Below, piece after piece: positions 63,673 to 64,000 of a DNA stretch of 64,000 nt. The position numbers were made by a program, and so were the translations under genes. Every line of letters begins with the position of its first letter. The first letter of the stretch is position 1. Below the pieces are notes generated by a model that did no database searches, was not told where the DNA came from, and was given only the letters and a program-made list of their open reading frames with translations. The stretch lies in the sequence record NC_048821.1. One strand, given 5' to 3'.

Positions 63673-64000
63673 AGAAACTATTTTTAAGGGACGTCGTTTT
63701 TCTCTTAGCACACAAACCACTTCTACAATTGAATCAGAGATGAGTGGGAATTACGGGGTCTTAGTGATCTCCCTTGATAACGGTCAGGAAACTACCACCA
63801 TTAGACGCACTTATCCAAAAAGCTTCATCGACGGGTTTTATGGTAGTGAAGAATGGGGTCCGCAAAACTTAACCCAAATCTTATTGGGGTTATTCTTGAT
63901 TGAACCTAATGGTGTGATCACGCTAAGCCGCACACCTCGCACTTGTCTATCCATACTCATTAATGTATACCGTGAAGAGTTCTGCATCCAAGGTTGCTAC
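63665..64000 (+). CDS. hypothetical protein, partial (runs off the window)
   Basis: AAGGA RBS, ATG 63665, frame open to the window end (MHKETIFKGRRF...). Confidence 0.55.
   Translation, partial: MHKETIFKGRRFSLSTQTTSTIESEMSGNYGVLVISLDNGQETTTIRRTYPKSFIDGFYGSEEWGPQNLTQILLGLFLIEPNGVITLSRTPRTCLSILINVYREEFCIQGCY

Noticed and set aside
1-64000. tRNA, rRNA, chimallin (ChmA), PhuZ tubulin, endolysin, SbcD
   Set aside because: None recognised in this window; nucleus formation is inferred only from family membership.

Overview
This window is a 64 kb segment of an AT-rich phiKZ/EL-like (Chimalliviridae-type) jumbo myophage. The host is probably Vibrio, an inference from CTA-rich codon use in the capsid gene. 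The conserved core follows the known phiKZ gene order: DnaB-like helicase, major capsid protein, non-virion RNA polymerase beta subunit, portal, virion and tail-fibre paralogs, central spike, and SbcC ATPase. A RuvC resolvase and a holin plus two-component spanin candidate lie inside this block. Accessory blocks encode an NAD-dependent ligase, HAD nucleotidase, RNase HI, an Acb1-like 2H phosphoesterase, a GroEL-like chaperonin, thymidine kinase and very large Ig-like virion proteins. The most unusual signals are: (i) a thymidylate-synthase-fold protein that appears to have lost essentially all catalytic residues, two genes from the Acb1 homolog; (ii) a shared GGGGAGGGGG plus AT-rich palindrome element in the two largest intergenic gaps, one copy in front of a tandem multi-AraC-domain gene; (iii) a sequence-conserved family of six long hairpins; (iv) an extended early-promoter motif; (v) a shared N-terminal module found alone and fused to different cargo lengths; and (vi) three glycine-zipper membrane proteins. 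I saw no tRNA, rRNA, CRISPR array, integrase or transposase. All family calls come from motif recognition by eye, not from database searches.
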